Origin: a virus
Lineage: Duplodnaviria > Caudoviricetes
Length of the DNA stretch: 64,000 bases
Strand: one strand, 5' to 3'
Virus record (IMG/VR): IMGVR_UViG_3300014206_000007
Coordinates: 64,001-128,000 of that record
Positions 49,913 to 58,800 of this stretch are shown here, piece by piece. The position numbers were made by a program, and so were the translations under genes. Numbering within the stretch: position 1 is the first letter of the stretch; each line of letters starts with the position of its first letter. The notes under the pieces were generated by a model, which saw only the letters and a program-made list of their open reading frames with translations, was not told where the DNA came from and ran no database searches.

Positions 49913-50911
49913 TTATTCGTCAATTTTCCCACGTTTTAATATTTCAGATATTTTATCTGAGTAACGATCAATTGTATTATTCAATTTCGGGAATACTGAA
50001 TTATTGATTGATAATAAATCGACTCTCAAATCAAATGATTTGTTAGCAAACATCTTATCTATTCTTTTAATATACAATTCCAACATCTGACTTCTTAATG
50101 CATCTGGAGCATCATTCAATTCCTGTAAAGCAAATTCAGTTAATGAATCCCAGCAATCTCTAACTGCATCAGAGTTTTTATATTTATCAATTCTATGAAC
50201 TCCTTCGAGCAATATGAAAGTTGCTGCTTCAACAACATTTTCTTTACCGAATATCTCTTTGAAGAATGGTCTCCATTTGATAATTTTGCGGTCAAACTGA
50301 TTATATGAGGATATATCTGCATATACTGAATTAAGTAAATTATTTAGATAATATCCAATTTTAAATTTATCAACGTATTTCGGTTGTGGAACGCTGTAAA
50401 AAGCAGTATAGCAAATAAATTTTGGTATATTTGTATCGCCTGCCAATCTCTTAGCATCTTTCTTGACAATCTGCTTTGCGGATCGTACTAAATCGCTGAT
50501 ATATTTATTGTATTTCTCAATAGTTTCATTGAAGTCTTTAACTTCTTTATTGTTTAAGTTGCCTTCCTTTTTCCTTCTAGCAACTTCATTAACATTTGCG
50601 GCATTACTTTCGATTGCAATATTTGCCAATGTGTAAATAAATGTAGCATGGGACCTGTTAAATTCCCCATAACCAACTTCTTCAATCATTTCATTGATTG
50701 CTTTTATAACTTTTGGCTTTGTTAATACTGCATACAGATTGTTTACCTGAGTCATTAGATTTTGTGAGGCATTTCCCTGTTGATTTGGTTGGAATAGCCA
50801 CAAAACAAATTCTTCGTCTAAGAATAAGTTTTTGAGAAATCTAACTCTCTTCTTATTCTTCATACCATCAATTTTTGATAGTGATTCTAATGCATAATCA
50901 TAATCAAACAT
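49913..50911 (-). CDS. hypothetical alpha-helical protein
   Basis: 332-aa ORF, AAGGAG RBS. Confidence 0.7.
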   Translation of the reverse strand: MFDYDYALESLSKIDGMKNKKRVRFLKNLFLDEEFVLWLFQPNQQGNASQNLMTQVNNLYAVLTKPKVIKAINEMIEEVGYGEFNRSHATFIYTLANIAIESNAANVNEVARRKKEGNLNNKEVKDFNETIEKYNKYISDLVRSAKQIVKKDAKRLAGDTNIPKFICYTAFYSVPQPKYVDKFKIGYYLNNLLNSVYADISSYNQFDRKIIKWRPFFKEIFGKENVVEAATFILLEGVHRIDKYKNSDAVRDCWDSLTEFALQELNDAPDALRSQMLELYIKRIDKMFANKSFDLRVDLLSINNSVFPKLNNTIDRYSDKISEILKRGKIDE

Positions 50912-51050
50912 AATTTCACTTCTCCTTTTAATTTAAAATTTGATTTTTCCTCATTTTATATGATTTAATAGAAATGTTAATCCGTCTATTAAATCTTATA
51001 CTACACCAATAATATATAGTTCTATTCTTTATTCTCGAAAATTATGATAA

Positions 51051-52226
51051 TTAGTTAAAATATTTATCGAGAATGCCATTATTTATTTTTGGTTCATCCT
51101 TGTCTTTCTCAGTAATAATTTTATGAGAACGATTATTAAGAAACTCAATACTACCAACATCTGCTGTTAAATCGACCTTTTTAGTTCTTTTTAACAACTC
51201 TTCATGCTGAGCAATTTTATTTTTTGATAATGATATTCTTGAATAAGGTAAACTCATACCTGATAAAATTGTAATGAATTGGCCATAATTAGCATCCGCA
51301 ACCGAATAGTTTTCAAATATCGATAATGGAATACCTGCATACTCAGTTAATTCATTATAATTACCAGTTCTAGTTGCTTCCATCATCTCATCAGGACAGT
51401 TTACTATAACTCCAAGTTGTTTTATTATCTTATCCCTCTGAATTTGAACTGCCGGACTATTCTTAATCTTATTAATCATGTATGATTGAATACTAAATTT
51501 ATCAACTTGAGCCATAGTCATATTGTTAAGCATAAACGTAGCCATATAACCAGATTCCCAAATAATAGTTCTCATGTCATTCTCATCAATCATTCCGCTA
51601 TTAGAAGGATTTAAGTAGTCACCACGAATAATATTAATTGATTCCATAATATGCTTACCAATTTCATCATATGCAACATTATTAGGAATGTCTTCATAAT
51701 ACATTAAGTCAGCTAATAGATATGGAACATTGCATTCAGTAATTTCGGACATACATTGTATTGTATTAGCCTGAGCCATAATTGAATCCGATAATTTCGG
51801 CAATATCCCATAAAAGATAATATTTTTATTAGGATAAATATTAGTAAAAAGTTTTATTAGTTCAGGTGAAACACCAGAACCGGTTCCGCCGGAAGTTGCC
51901 GCAACTACAAATATAACATCAGAAGAATTAACCATATCAGAAAAATCACTAACACCAAATAAATCCTTACCATTTAACTTAAATAATTCCTTTGCTTTTT
52001 CTCTATTTTTTCCAGCACCCCTAGCCTCATTACCAATTATAAATGCAGGGATTTCTTCATTTATAATTGAATCAGATAAATCTTTAATACTTGAATTGAT
52101 TGCAAAAACTGGATATTTATCCGCAATTGCTTTTTCAACTATCTGATTTCCTGCATTACCAACTCCAATGATACTAATTTTCAGTTTAACATCTTTTTCT
52201 AGATAACCTTTAATAACTTCTCCCAT
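51051..52226 (-). CDS. tubulin/FtsZ-family protein (PhuZ/TubZ-like)
   Basis: GVGNAGNQ, GAGKNR, tubulin signature SGGTGSG, T7-loop-like IDENDM. Confidence 0.9.
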   Translation of the reverse strand: MGEVIKGYLEKDVKLKISIIGVGNAGNQIVEKAIADKYPVFAINSSIKDLSDSIINEEIPAFIIGNEARGAGKNREKAKELFKLNGKDLFGVSDFSDMVNSSDVIFVVAATSGGTGSGVSPELIKLFTNIYPNKNIIFYGILPKLSDSIMAQANTIQCMSEITECNVPYLLADLMYYEDIPNNVAYDEIGKHIMESINIIRGDYLNPSNSGMIDENDMRTIIWESGYMATFMLNNMTMAQVDKFSIQSYMINKIKNSPAVQIQRDKIIKQLGVIVNCPDEMMEATRTGNYNELTEYAGIPLSIFENYSVADANYGQFITILSGMSLPYSRISLSKNKIAQHEELLKRTKKVDLTADVGSIEFLNNRSHKIITEKDKDEPKINNGILDKYFN

Positions 52227-52237
52227 TTTAAAGTCTC

Positions 52238-52459
52238 CTATAGTTTAATTTTAAGTTTCTGATAATATTTTAATTTTGCCCAATTTTTATAATTATTAAG
52301 CAGATTATCAGTATTCATTCTACGATAAAAACTATTCTTTATTCTAATAAGATATTCTGTTACTAAATTATCCCAATCAATATTATCAAAATTTCTTGAA
52401 TTGAGTTGCCTAGTAAAATAATTATCGTATTTATTTAAAGAATGATAACCCATTTTCAA
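52238..52459 (-). CDS. small hypothetical protein
   Basis: ORF with RBS. Confidence 0.45.
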   Translation of the reverse strand: MKMGYHSLNKYDNYFTRQLNSRNFDNIDWDNLVTEYLIRIKNSFYRRMNTDNLLNNYKNWAKLKYYQKLKIKL

Positions 52460-52474
52460 ATCACCCTTTCACAC

Positions 52475-52750
52475 TTAATCTAAAGATTTAGTGATCATAA
52501 TCTCTTTAGAATCAGCATCGTGATAAACATCAAAACCATCATCATGTAAATTCATTGCATCTGTAATTGTAAATTTTTGCTTTTCATCCGATGACTTGAG
52601 TATTATCTTATTAACTGCCTTTGTATCTGCATCACGATAAACTTCGAGGTCGCCTGGAAATTCTTTTTTGATTTCACCTAATATAAACTCTACCTCTTCC
52701 TCAGTTGCCTTAAAATTAATCACAACTTCATTTTCATTGCTTTTCATCAC
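52475..52750 (-). CDS. small acidic hypothetical protein
   Basis: ORF; internal duplication VYRDADTK/VYHDADSK; early motif at 52831. Confidence 0.6.
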   Translation of the reverse strand: MMKSNENEVVINFKATEEEVEFILGEIKKEFPGDLEVYRDADTKAVNKIILKSSDEKQKFTITDAMNLHDDGFDVYHDADSKEIMITKSLD

Positions 52751-52841
52751 ATTTCACCATACCTTTCAAAAGAATTTAAAGAATATAATAGCTATAAGTT
52801 AATATAGCTATTATATTCATTTTCAACTAAATAATATATCA

Positions 52842-53567
52842 TCATATTTTACTTTTTGATGATGGTAGCACATCTAATGGATACACTAGATTTGTACTTA
52901 TTCCTTGCATTAAGAAATATACGTCCAGAGTATTTAATGCTACTTTATTTTCTGGATTATTCTCAAGATCATCTAACTCAACGTATCCATCCCTTGAGAT
53001 ATTATTATACATCTGATTCTTTGCTTTCATATCATCTGCTCTAGGACCCATAAACTCTCTAAGAGCTTGATTAGCTCCCAATGCGATTAATGAATAAGTT
53101 TCAACGTCTGAATTTCGTGCGTTCTTATCTTCATTAATAACTTGGCCAGTTTTTGGATTCCTCTTATGGATATCAATTGAACCTGAGTTTTTCTTCAATA
53201 AAGTTTGTTGCATTCTTTTTTCATGAATATATCCAACTGGAACTGGTTCCGGAGTAACTATTACATTATTTGGATCTCCAGTTAAGTGTGGAATTGCTAC
53301 TCTTTCAAATAGAGGAACTTTCATATATTCAGCACACTTTTCTTCATTTTCTAATGATAATTCTCTTTCAAATTCTACAATTTCAAAATATAAGTTAGCT
53401 TTAGGATTATTAAAGAAATTATTTGCCCAAGAGTCAAATTCTTTATCATTCATTTTATTAAATTTTTCTTCATACATTTTGCTATTATCACCGGTTGGAT
53501 CTAAAATATCCATTATATTAATAAGATGCTTCATAAAAGCTTTTCGTCTTTCTGCGATTGATTTCAA
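52842..53567 (-). CDS. phage virion RNA polymerase beta C-terminal subunit (phiKZ gp149-like)
   Basis: RMQQTLLKK..RNPKTGQV..RNSDVETYSLIALG..LRE..RADD matches the beta C-terminal region; late motif at 53590-53601. Confidence 0.75.
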   Translation of the reverse strand: MKSIAERRKAFMKHLINIMDILDPTGDNSKMYEEKFNKMNDKEFDSWANNFFNNPKANLYFEIVEFERELSLENEEKCAEYMKVPLFERVAIPHLTGDPNNVIVTPEPVPVGYIHEKRMQQTLLKKNSGSIDIHKRNPKTGQVINEDKNARNSDVETYSLIALGANQALREFMGPRADDMKAKNQMYNNISRDGYVELDDLENNPENKVALNTLDVYFLMQGISTNLVYPLDVLPSSKSKI

Positions 53568-53651
53568 CTATATCACCTCTTTCAATATTTACATCGTTGT
53601 TGAAATTGATAAATTTAATAAGGCTAAGAAATTATTCTTAGCCTTATTATC

Positions 53652-54461
53652 TTATAATAAATCTGGATCTATTTCAACTTCAACTTCTTCAAATTCTATT
53701 TTAGAATTTTCTTTTTCACTCTTATATGTAGCCGCTTCCATAGCTTGCATCATAACAGTAGACATTTTAGAACATGTGTTCATGATATCTTTAATGATAA
53801 CTGATGTTTTATGAAGCATATCATTATACATACTTTCTGCTAATGGTGTAGGCTCTTCAAGAGGACTTAATTTAAATTTAGATACTTTCTCAATAACATC
53901 ATTTGCAGTATCTTGTGCTAATTTAATAGTCGCTTCAAATTGATCAAGATCATTTTTGTTATATTTTTTATAATCTGATATTTTTGGCGAATTTAAAACA
54001 GCAGTTTCAACTTTATTTACAAGCATTTCTAAACGAGCATCAATTTCATCAAATTTAGAATATCCATCTTTTGGATCGATATCGGAATCTCCTAGTTTAT
54101 AGCTTCCATCAGAACTATTAAGTCTAATCCAATCTTTAAAATTTGTAGACTTGATTACATCGTTTACAGCACTTTTCATTGTTGCATTATAATAATTTGC
54201 TTCCCTAATTATTATTTCTGCGCCTCTTTTATTTAATAATTTACCTTCTTTATTAAAAATCTTAGCCCAAAAATTAGTTATTGCTGTCCATAGTCTTTTA
54301 AAAAAATTTATTATAGCAGTCTTTACATTATTTACTGCATTTTTTATATTGAATCCTTCTGTAGCTACAGAATCCGTAGTCGAACCTACTAAGTCTGTTA
54401 GATTAAGAAATGATTCAAAGCATCTATAACTAGATTGCATTTCTAATATATATTGATCCAT
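53652..54461 (-). CDS. putative internal head protein (phiKZ-like family)
   Basis: VATEG cleavage-like motif followed by IINFFKRLWTAITNFWAKIF amphipathic helix; late motif at 54489-54500. Confidence 0.65.
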   Translation of the reverse strand: MDQYILEMQSSYRCFESFLNLTDLVGSTTDSVATEGFNIKNAVNNVKTAIINFFKRLWTAITNFWAKIFNKEGKLLNKRGAEIIIREANYYNATMKSAVNDVIKSTNFKDWIRLNSSDGSYKLGDSDIDPKDGYSKFDEIDARLEMLVNKVETAVLNSPKISDYKKYNKNDLDQFEATIKLAQDTANDVIEKVSKFKLSPLEEPTPLAESMYNDMLHKTSVIIKDIMNTCSKMSTVMMQAMEAATYKSEKENSKIEFEEVEVEIDPDLL

Positions 54462-54536
54462 AGTTTATTACCTCCTATATTTTATAATTAAAAATTTGTT
54501 GAGCTAACACAAAAAAAAAGTGTTTCCACTTCTTTT

Positions 54537-55724
54537 TTACTTATTCCAAGTTACTAAGAATATAAAGTAATAATAGATTGCTTTTCTAAACACGTTTTGA
54601 GTTGCTAATCTATTAGTTGCTCTATACGTTGCACTTCCTTTCTCAAGCCATTTATTCATTAAGTTTTTTATAGTTGCAATATTTTTATCTGAGCTATTAC
54701 CCTTCTTATATATAGATTCCATAACTCCCAAGAAAGCTAATGACTTTATGTTCTTATCCTTTGAGTTATCATCCGTCATAAATAGATAAAATATTGATTC
54801 ATAAAAACTCTTAACATCGGCAATATTTTGAGTATCGATTAATAATGTAAGAGTAGTTCTTAGTTCAGATGAGCTAACTCCTTTTAATTTGGCAATCTTA
54901 TCGATGATATCCATTCTTGGTGGAGATGCAAAGAATTTGGTAGTATATTCTTGAGCAAGCATTTCTACATCACCAGCAATCGATGAACTATCTCTTTGAC
55001 TACCATCTTCTAATGAATCATCACCTTTTAAAGTAACTTCATTATTATTGTAGTTAGTAATATATTCATTGAATATCTTATTGATGTAATTATTAAGTCT
55101 GGTTTTACATGCATCAATTATATATGATATCTCAGCATCCGATCCGCTAACTAATCTATCCCAATGTAGCAATATAGTTTGCTCAATTGAATAGAATAAT
55201 AATCCATCAATTGACCTAAATTGCTTAAGGATAAATTTATTACTTAAGTTGTCAATAGTGTAAATCATAGTTTCTTCTCTCGGAAGAAATTTCTTAAAGT
55301 ATTTTGTGTAGAGTGACCAATACATACTGTATGCCATATAATAATAGAGAATTCTTAATTTTTTATCTTCCTTATTTACTATATAGTATCTCATCATCAT
55401 TAACATTAAGATTTGAAATGGTTCAAAGTTACTTTTTGCTGTAACACTGATACCTGAATGAAGCTTTACTTTAAAACTATCTTTCTTTAACTCAACCATA
55501 TTTATATCGCATACATTAAATATAATTTTCTCATCAACTTGAGAAAATACTGGGTATTTTAATAAATATGGGCTACTCAAAATTTGCATATTCTTATCTC
55601 TATATTTTGCAATATGAGTGAATAATTCTTTTTCACCTTTTGGTAAATTTTTCTCTATTATTGAATAATACTTCTCCAATAATGTAAACTCTTTTTCAAA
55701 TTTATCAATAATTAAATCTGCCAT
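54537..55724 (-). CDS. hypothetical alpha-helical protein
   Basis: 395-aa ORF, GAGGTG RBS. Confidence 0.7.
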   Translation of the reverse strand: MADLIIDKFEKEFTLLEKYYSIIEKNLPKGEKELFTHIAKYRDKNMQILSSPYLLKYPVFSQVDEKIIFNVCDINMVELKKDSFKVKLHSGISVTAKSNFEPFQILMLMMMRYYIVNKEDKKLRILYYYMAYSMYWSLYTKYFKKFLPREETMIYTIDNLSNKFILKQFRSIDGLLFYSIEQTILLHWDRLVSGSDAEISYIIDACKTRLNNYINKIFNEYITNYNNNEVTLKGDDSLEDGSQRDSSSIAGDVEMLAQEYTTKFFASPPRMDIIDKIAKLKGVSSSELRTTLTLLIDTQNIADVKSFYESIFYLFMTDDNSKDKNIKSLAFLGVMESIYKKGNSSDKNIATIKNLMNKWLEKGSATYRATNRLATQNVFRKAIYYYFIFLVTWNK

Positions 55725-56870
55725 CTAATACACCTCGATTAATCTATTTAGATTAGTTTCTATTATATTTCTGTTAACTGCTTCATTATTTTTCTGGTTA
55801 ACCATATCAAATATAACAACACTTGCAAATGGAATATCATCAATATTTGTACCTGCTGTATGAATAATATTTCCGTTATTATCATATTGATATTTTATAT
55901 CAGCAGATAGTTGATTATCTCCATATAGATTATATATTGACCTCAATTGCATTTTTTTATCATACGTAGCATATGTTTTGATTCCGCTACTTCTAATCGT
56001 TAAAAAATGATTATTTAAATCCAGACTATATGTGTTATCAGTCAATGGTCCTTCAACCGATTGTAATAATCCAGTCTTATCATTATATTGAAAATTATCA
56101 ATATAATCATCATTGATATTTATTTGAGTCAATTTATGTTTATTATTATACTGAAAATCAGTAATATGACGGAAATCAATTTTTTCATGATTATAGCAAT
56201 TATGATAAATTGATTTATCAGTATTCTCAAATACCAATGACATTATTTTTATAATATGGCCATTGGGATCATACACAAAATCTGTAGTATGGTAACAATC
56301 ATTAATGTTATCAATTGCTGGAGTATTTCTAGAATATAACATGTTAGTTTTATATCTCATCAAATTTCCATTTGGAAGATAGCAAAATTCGATATATCCA
56401 TGTATACTCTTATATTCAGTTAATCGTCTTTCATGATCATAATACATAAAACAATGCTGAGTCTTTTCATTTTTTTGTTTATAGGCGATATGAATAATTA
56501 TAAATGGAGAATTCTTCAATATTAGTTTCCAGTTATAATTAATGGTGATATCAAAATTATTAGAATAGATTCTCTTAATATATCCATTAATAGAATCATA
56601 TTCAAATTCAATCTTTCTATTACAATAAAAACTGCTAATTTTTGTAAGTTTATTATCATTATAGAATAATTTAATCTTATATTTATTTGGGCGGACAATT
56701 TCTATTAGATTTCCATCTTTATAAATATATTTACCAAGATGTAATCGCGCATATTCATTCATGTCAGTACTCTCAAAGAACCATTTTCTTAATGAAAAAA
56801 TATTAAAATCATCTTCATCAAAATCGGCATCCATAAAAGGTATTACTTCATTTAAGCATATTTTATTCAT
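55725..56870 (-). CDS. YD/RHS-repeat-like protein
   Basis: repeated F.YD..G....I units (FEYDSINGYI, FVYDPNGHI, YQYDNNGNI). Confidence 0.55.
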   Translation of the reverse strand: MNKICLNEVIPFMDADFDEDDFNIFSLRKWFFESTDMNEYARLHLGKYIYKDGNLIEIVRPNKYKIKLFYNDNKLTKISSFYCNRKIEFEYDSINGYIKRIYSNNFDITINYNWKLILKNSPFIIIHIAYKQKNEKTQHCFMYYDHERRLTEYKSIHGYIEFCYLPNGNLMRYKTNMLYSRNTPAIDNINDCYHTTDFVYDPNGHIIKIMSLVFENTDKSIYHNCYNHEKIDFRHITDFQYNNKHKLTQININDDYIDNFQYNDKTGLLQSVEGPLTDNTYSLDLNNHFLTIRSSGIKTYATYDKKMQLRSIYNLYGDNQLSADIKYQYDNNGNIIHTAGTNIDDIPFASVVIFDMVNQKNNEAVNRNIIETNLNRLIEVY

Positions 56871-57268
56871 AATTTCACTCTCCTCTTAATTTCATATATA
56901 TTAAAATAATATATATTTTAAATACTATAAAAAAATAGATATCTTAGATATCTATTTTTATATTACTAATCTATTCCTCATCATATAATGATGTTTCTGC
57001 ATCGAAATCTGTGTCATCATCCGCATCCATTACTGGATAAAGTAAGTCATCCATGTTTATGCCTCCTCCTTTCTAGTTTATTCATATGGATGCTGTTAGT
57101 TCACTAACATATCGCAATATCCTTCATCACATCTTTCTATGGTGACTTTAATCCCAAATTCAGGAAGCTCTATTTTTTTCACATAGAAGTCATCATCATA
57201 TGTTGTAGTTGTTCTGTATTGGTCCTTTTTCTCAGGTTGTTGATTTTTCATTGAATAATTGATTCTTC

Positions 57269-57607
57269 TCATTTCGCACCCTCCCGGTATATTTCTTGAT
57301 GAAAATATTTTTTAGTTTCAATATTGTAATGACGCAAGGTTACTTTAATATCCCCTAAATAATTTGCTGCATTTAATGCCGCCACTAGTGCGACTGTCAA
57401 GCCAGTTACATATAATTCCATATGAACTACGCCATCAATATGTTTAACTAATCTTTCAATTGAACTTCTTGCATACATCTCAAGTCCTCGTGCATCTGTT
57501 ACCTTAATCATTTCCCCAATGACTCCAGATGGAAAAATGAATTTTGAAACATCTGGGATATCGTGACGTCCTTCACATAACCCAACTTTAATAATATTAC
57601 TTTCCAT
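57269..57607 (-). CDS. hypothetical protein
   Basis: GLCEGRH..LYVTGLTVAL; start moved to MESNII by RBS. Confidence 0.6.
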   Translation of the reverse strand: MESNIIKVGLCEGRHDIPDVSKFIFPSGVIGEMIKVTDARGLEMYARSSIERLVKHIDGVVHMELYVTGLTVALVAALNAANYLGDIKVTLRHYNIETKKYFHQEIYREGAK

Positions 57608-57711
57608 AAAACATCGCCCCTTTAAATTATTATTAGTCTTACTTACAATAATAATATATAACCTCAATTAGTTAAAAGACGGATAAAAAAAGAAGGACAG
57701 ATGTCCCTCTT

Positions 57712-58020
57712 TTACCAATATCTAATATTTATATTAGGATCAACTTTTTTATTAGATATAAAATACCCAATGCGATTTACAAAATGCCAATTAGAAGTAA
57801 TATAGGCATCCCCATCATCTTCGACTAATGTATAACAATATAGTCCAGGTTCTTTATCATCAAATTCATTTAATTTTTTCTTTACTGCTGGAAAATCATC
57901 CCATAAATATTTATATGGGGAATCTTCGGTACTATTCTCTTTTACCGGTATAAGAAATTCTTCATTTGTCTTAAAGAATTCATCTCTTTTTTCTTGCCAT
58001 GATTTTCTTGGCATAATCAT
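57712..58020 (-). CDS. hypothetical protein
   Basis: ORF with GGAGGT RBS. Confidence 0.65.
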   Translation of the reverse strand: MIMPRKSWQEKRDEFFKTNEEFLIPVKENSTEDSPYKYLWDDFPAVKKKLNEFDDKEPGLYCYTLVEDDGDAYITSNWHFVNRIGYFISNKKVDPNINIRYW

Positions 58021-58032
58021 ACCTCCATAGTA

Positions 58033-58176
58033 TTATTTACTTCTAATTCTCAATATCACGCTGGCAATAAGACACATCATAGCAATTGGTAATTGGCCTT
58101 TATTATAATTAGCCACATAAGCCATCACTATTGCTCCAGCTCCAAATCCTTGTAATGCGGTATACACGTTCTGCAA
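58033..58176 (-). CDS. possible 47-aa membrane peptide (TTG start)
   Basis: LQNVYTALQGFGAGAIVMAYV..LPIAMMCLIASVILRIRSK*; strong RBS, but the nearest ATG (58183) is one base out of frame. Confidence 0.4.
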   Translation of the reverse strand: MQNVYTALQGFGAGAIVMAYVANYNKGQLPIAMMCLIASVILRIRSK

Positions 58177-58227
58177 TTTTCATAATCCCTCCTTTAAATA
58201 AAAAGAGACTGTTTAGTCTCTTTTCGT

Positions 58228-58731
58228 TTATTTATATTTAATCCAACTTAAAATGTCAGTCTTATGAATATCTTTAAATAATAATTGAATAAAGTTATGA
58301 TTTTTTAATTTAGTGATATATTCTATATTCAATTTATCTTTTTCAGCTTCATTCTCTTCTTCACTACCATCGTTTATCAAATAATGAATATCCATCCATT
58401 TATAAAAATCAGTTTCGAGATATTCTTTTTCTGAATCAAGAATATAGCAATAATCTTTAGTAAGTCCTGGAATGATATAATCATATACCTTATCCCATTC
58501 TTTGGTTAATAAGTATTCTGTAATAGTCATGCCAAATATAGGGTAATATCCTAACCTAGAATATAACCAATCATAACTTTTATATATTGTAATATTTTCT
58601 GACGGTTTAAATAATGAATTCTTCACTATTTGAGCATTTACATCCTTCGTTTGTAATGTAATATTCATACTTTCTAAGTCATTCATTGTCATGTAATCTA
58701 ATAAATAAGTTCTTAAAAGGTCCTTTGACAT
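58228..58731 (-). CDS. hypothetical protein
   Basis: ORF with GAGGAG RBS. Confidence 0.6.
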   Translation of the reverse strand: MSKDLLRTYLLDYMTMNDLESMNITLQTKDVNAQIVKNSLFKPSENITIYKSYDWLYSRLGYYPIFGMTITEYLLTKEWDKVYDYIIPGLTKDYCYILDSEKEYLETDFYKWMDIHYLINDGSEEENEAEKDKLNIEYITKLKNHNFIQLLFKDIHKTDILSWIKYK

Positions 58732-58800
58732 AGCATCTACTCCTCTTATATTATAATTAAATAGAAGTATCTATATTTAGTAGATACTTCTATTTAATAT

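Noticed and set aside
49913-55724. Chimallin (nuclear shell protein) near the tubulin gene
   Set aside because: No ORF here has recognisable similarity or the expected ~600-aa size
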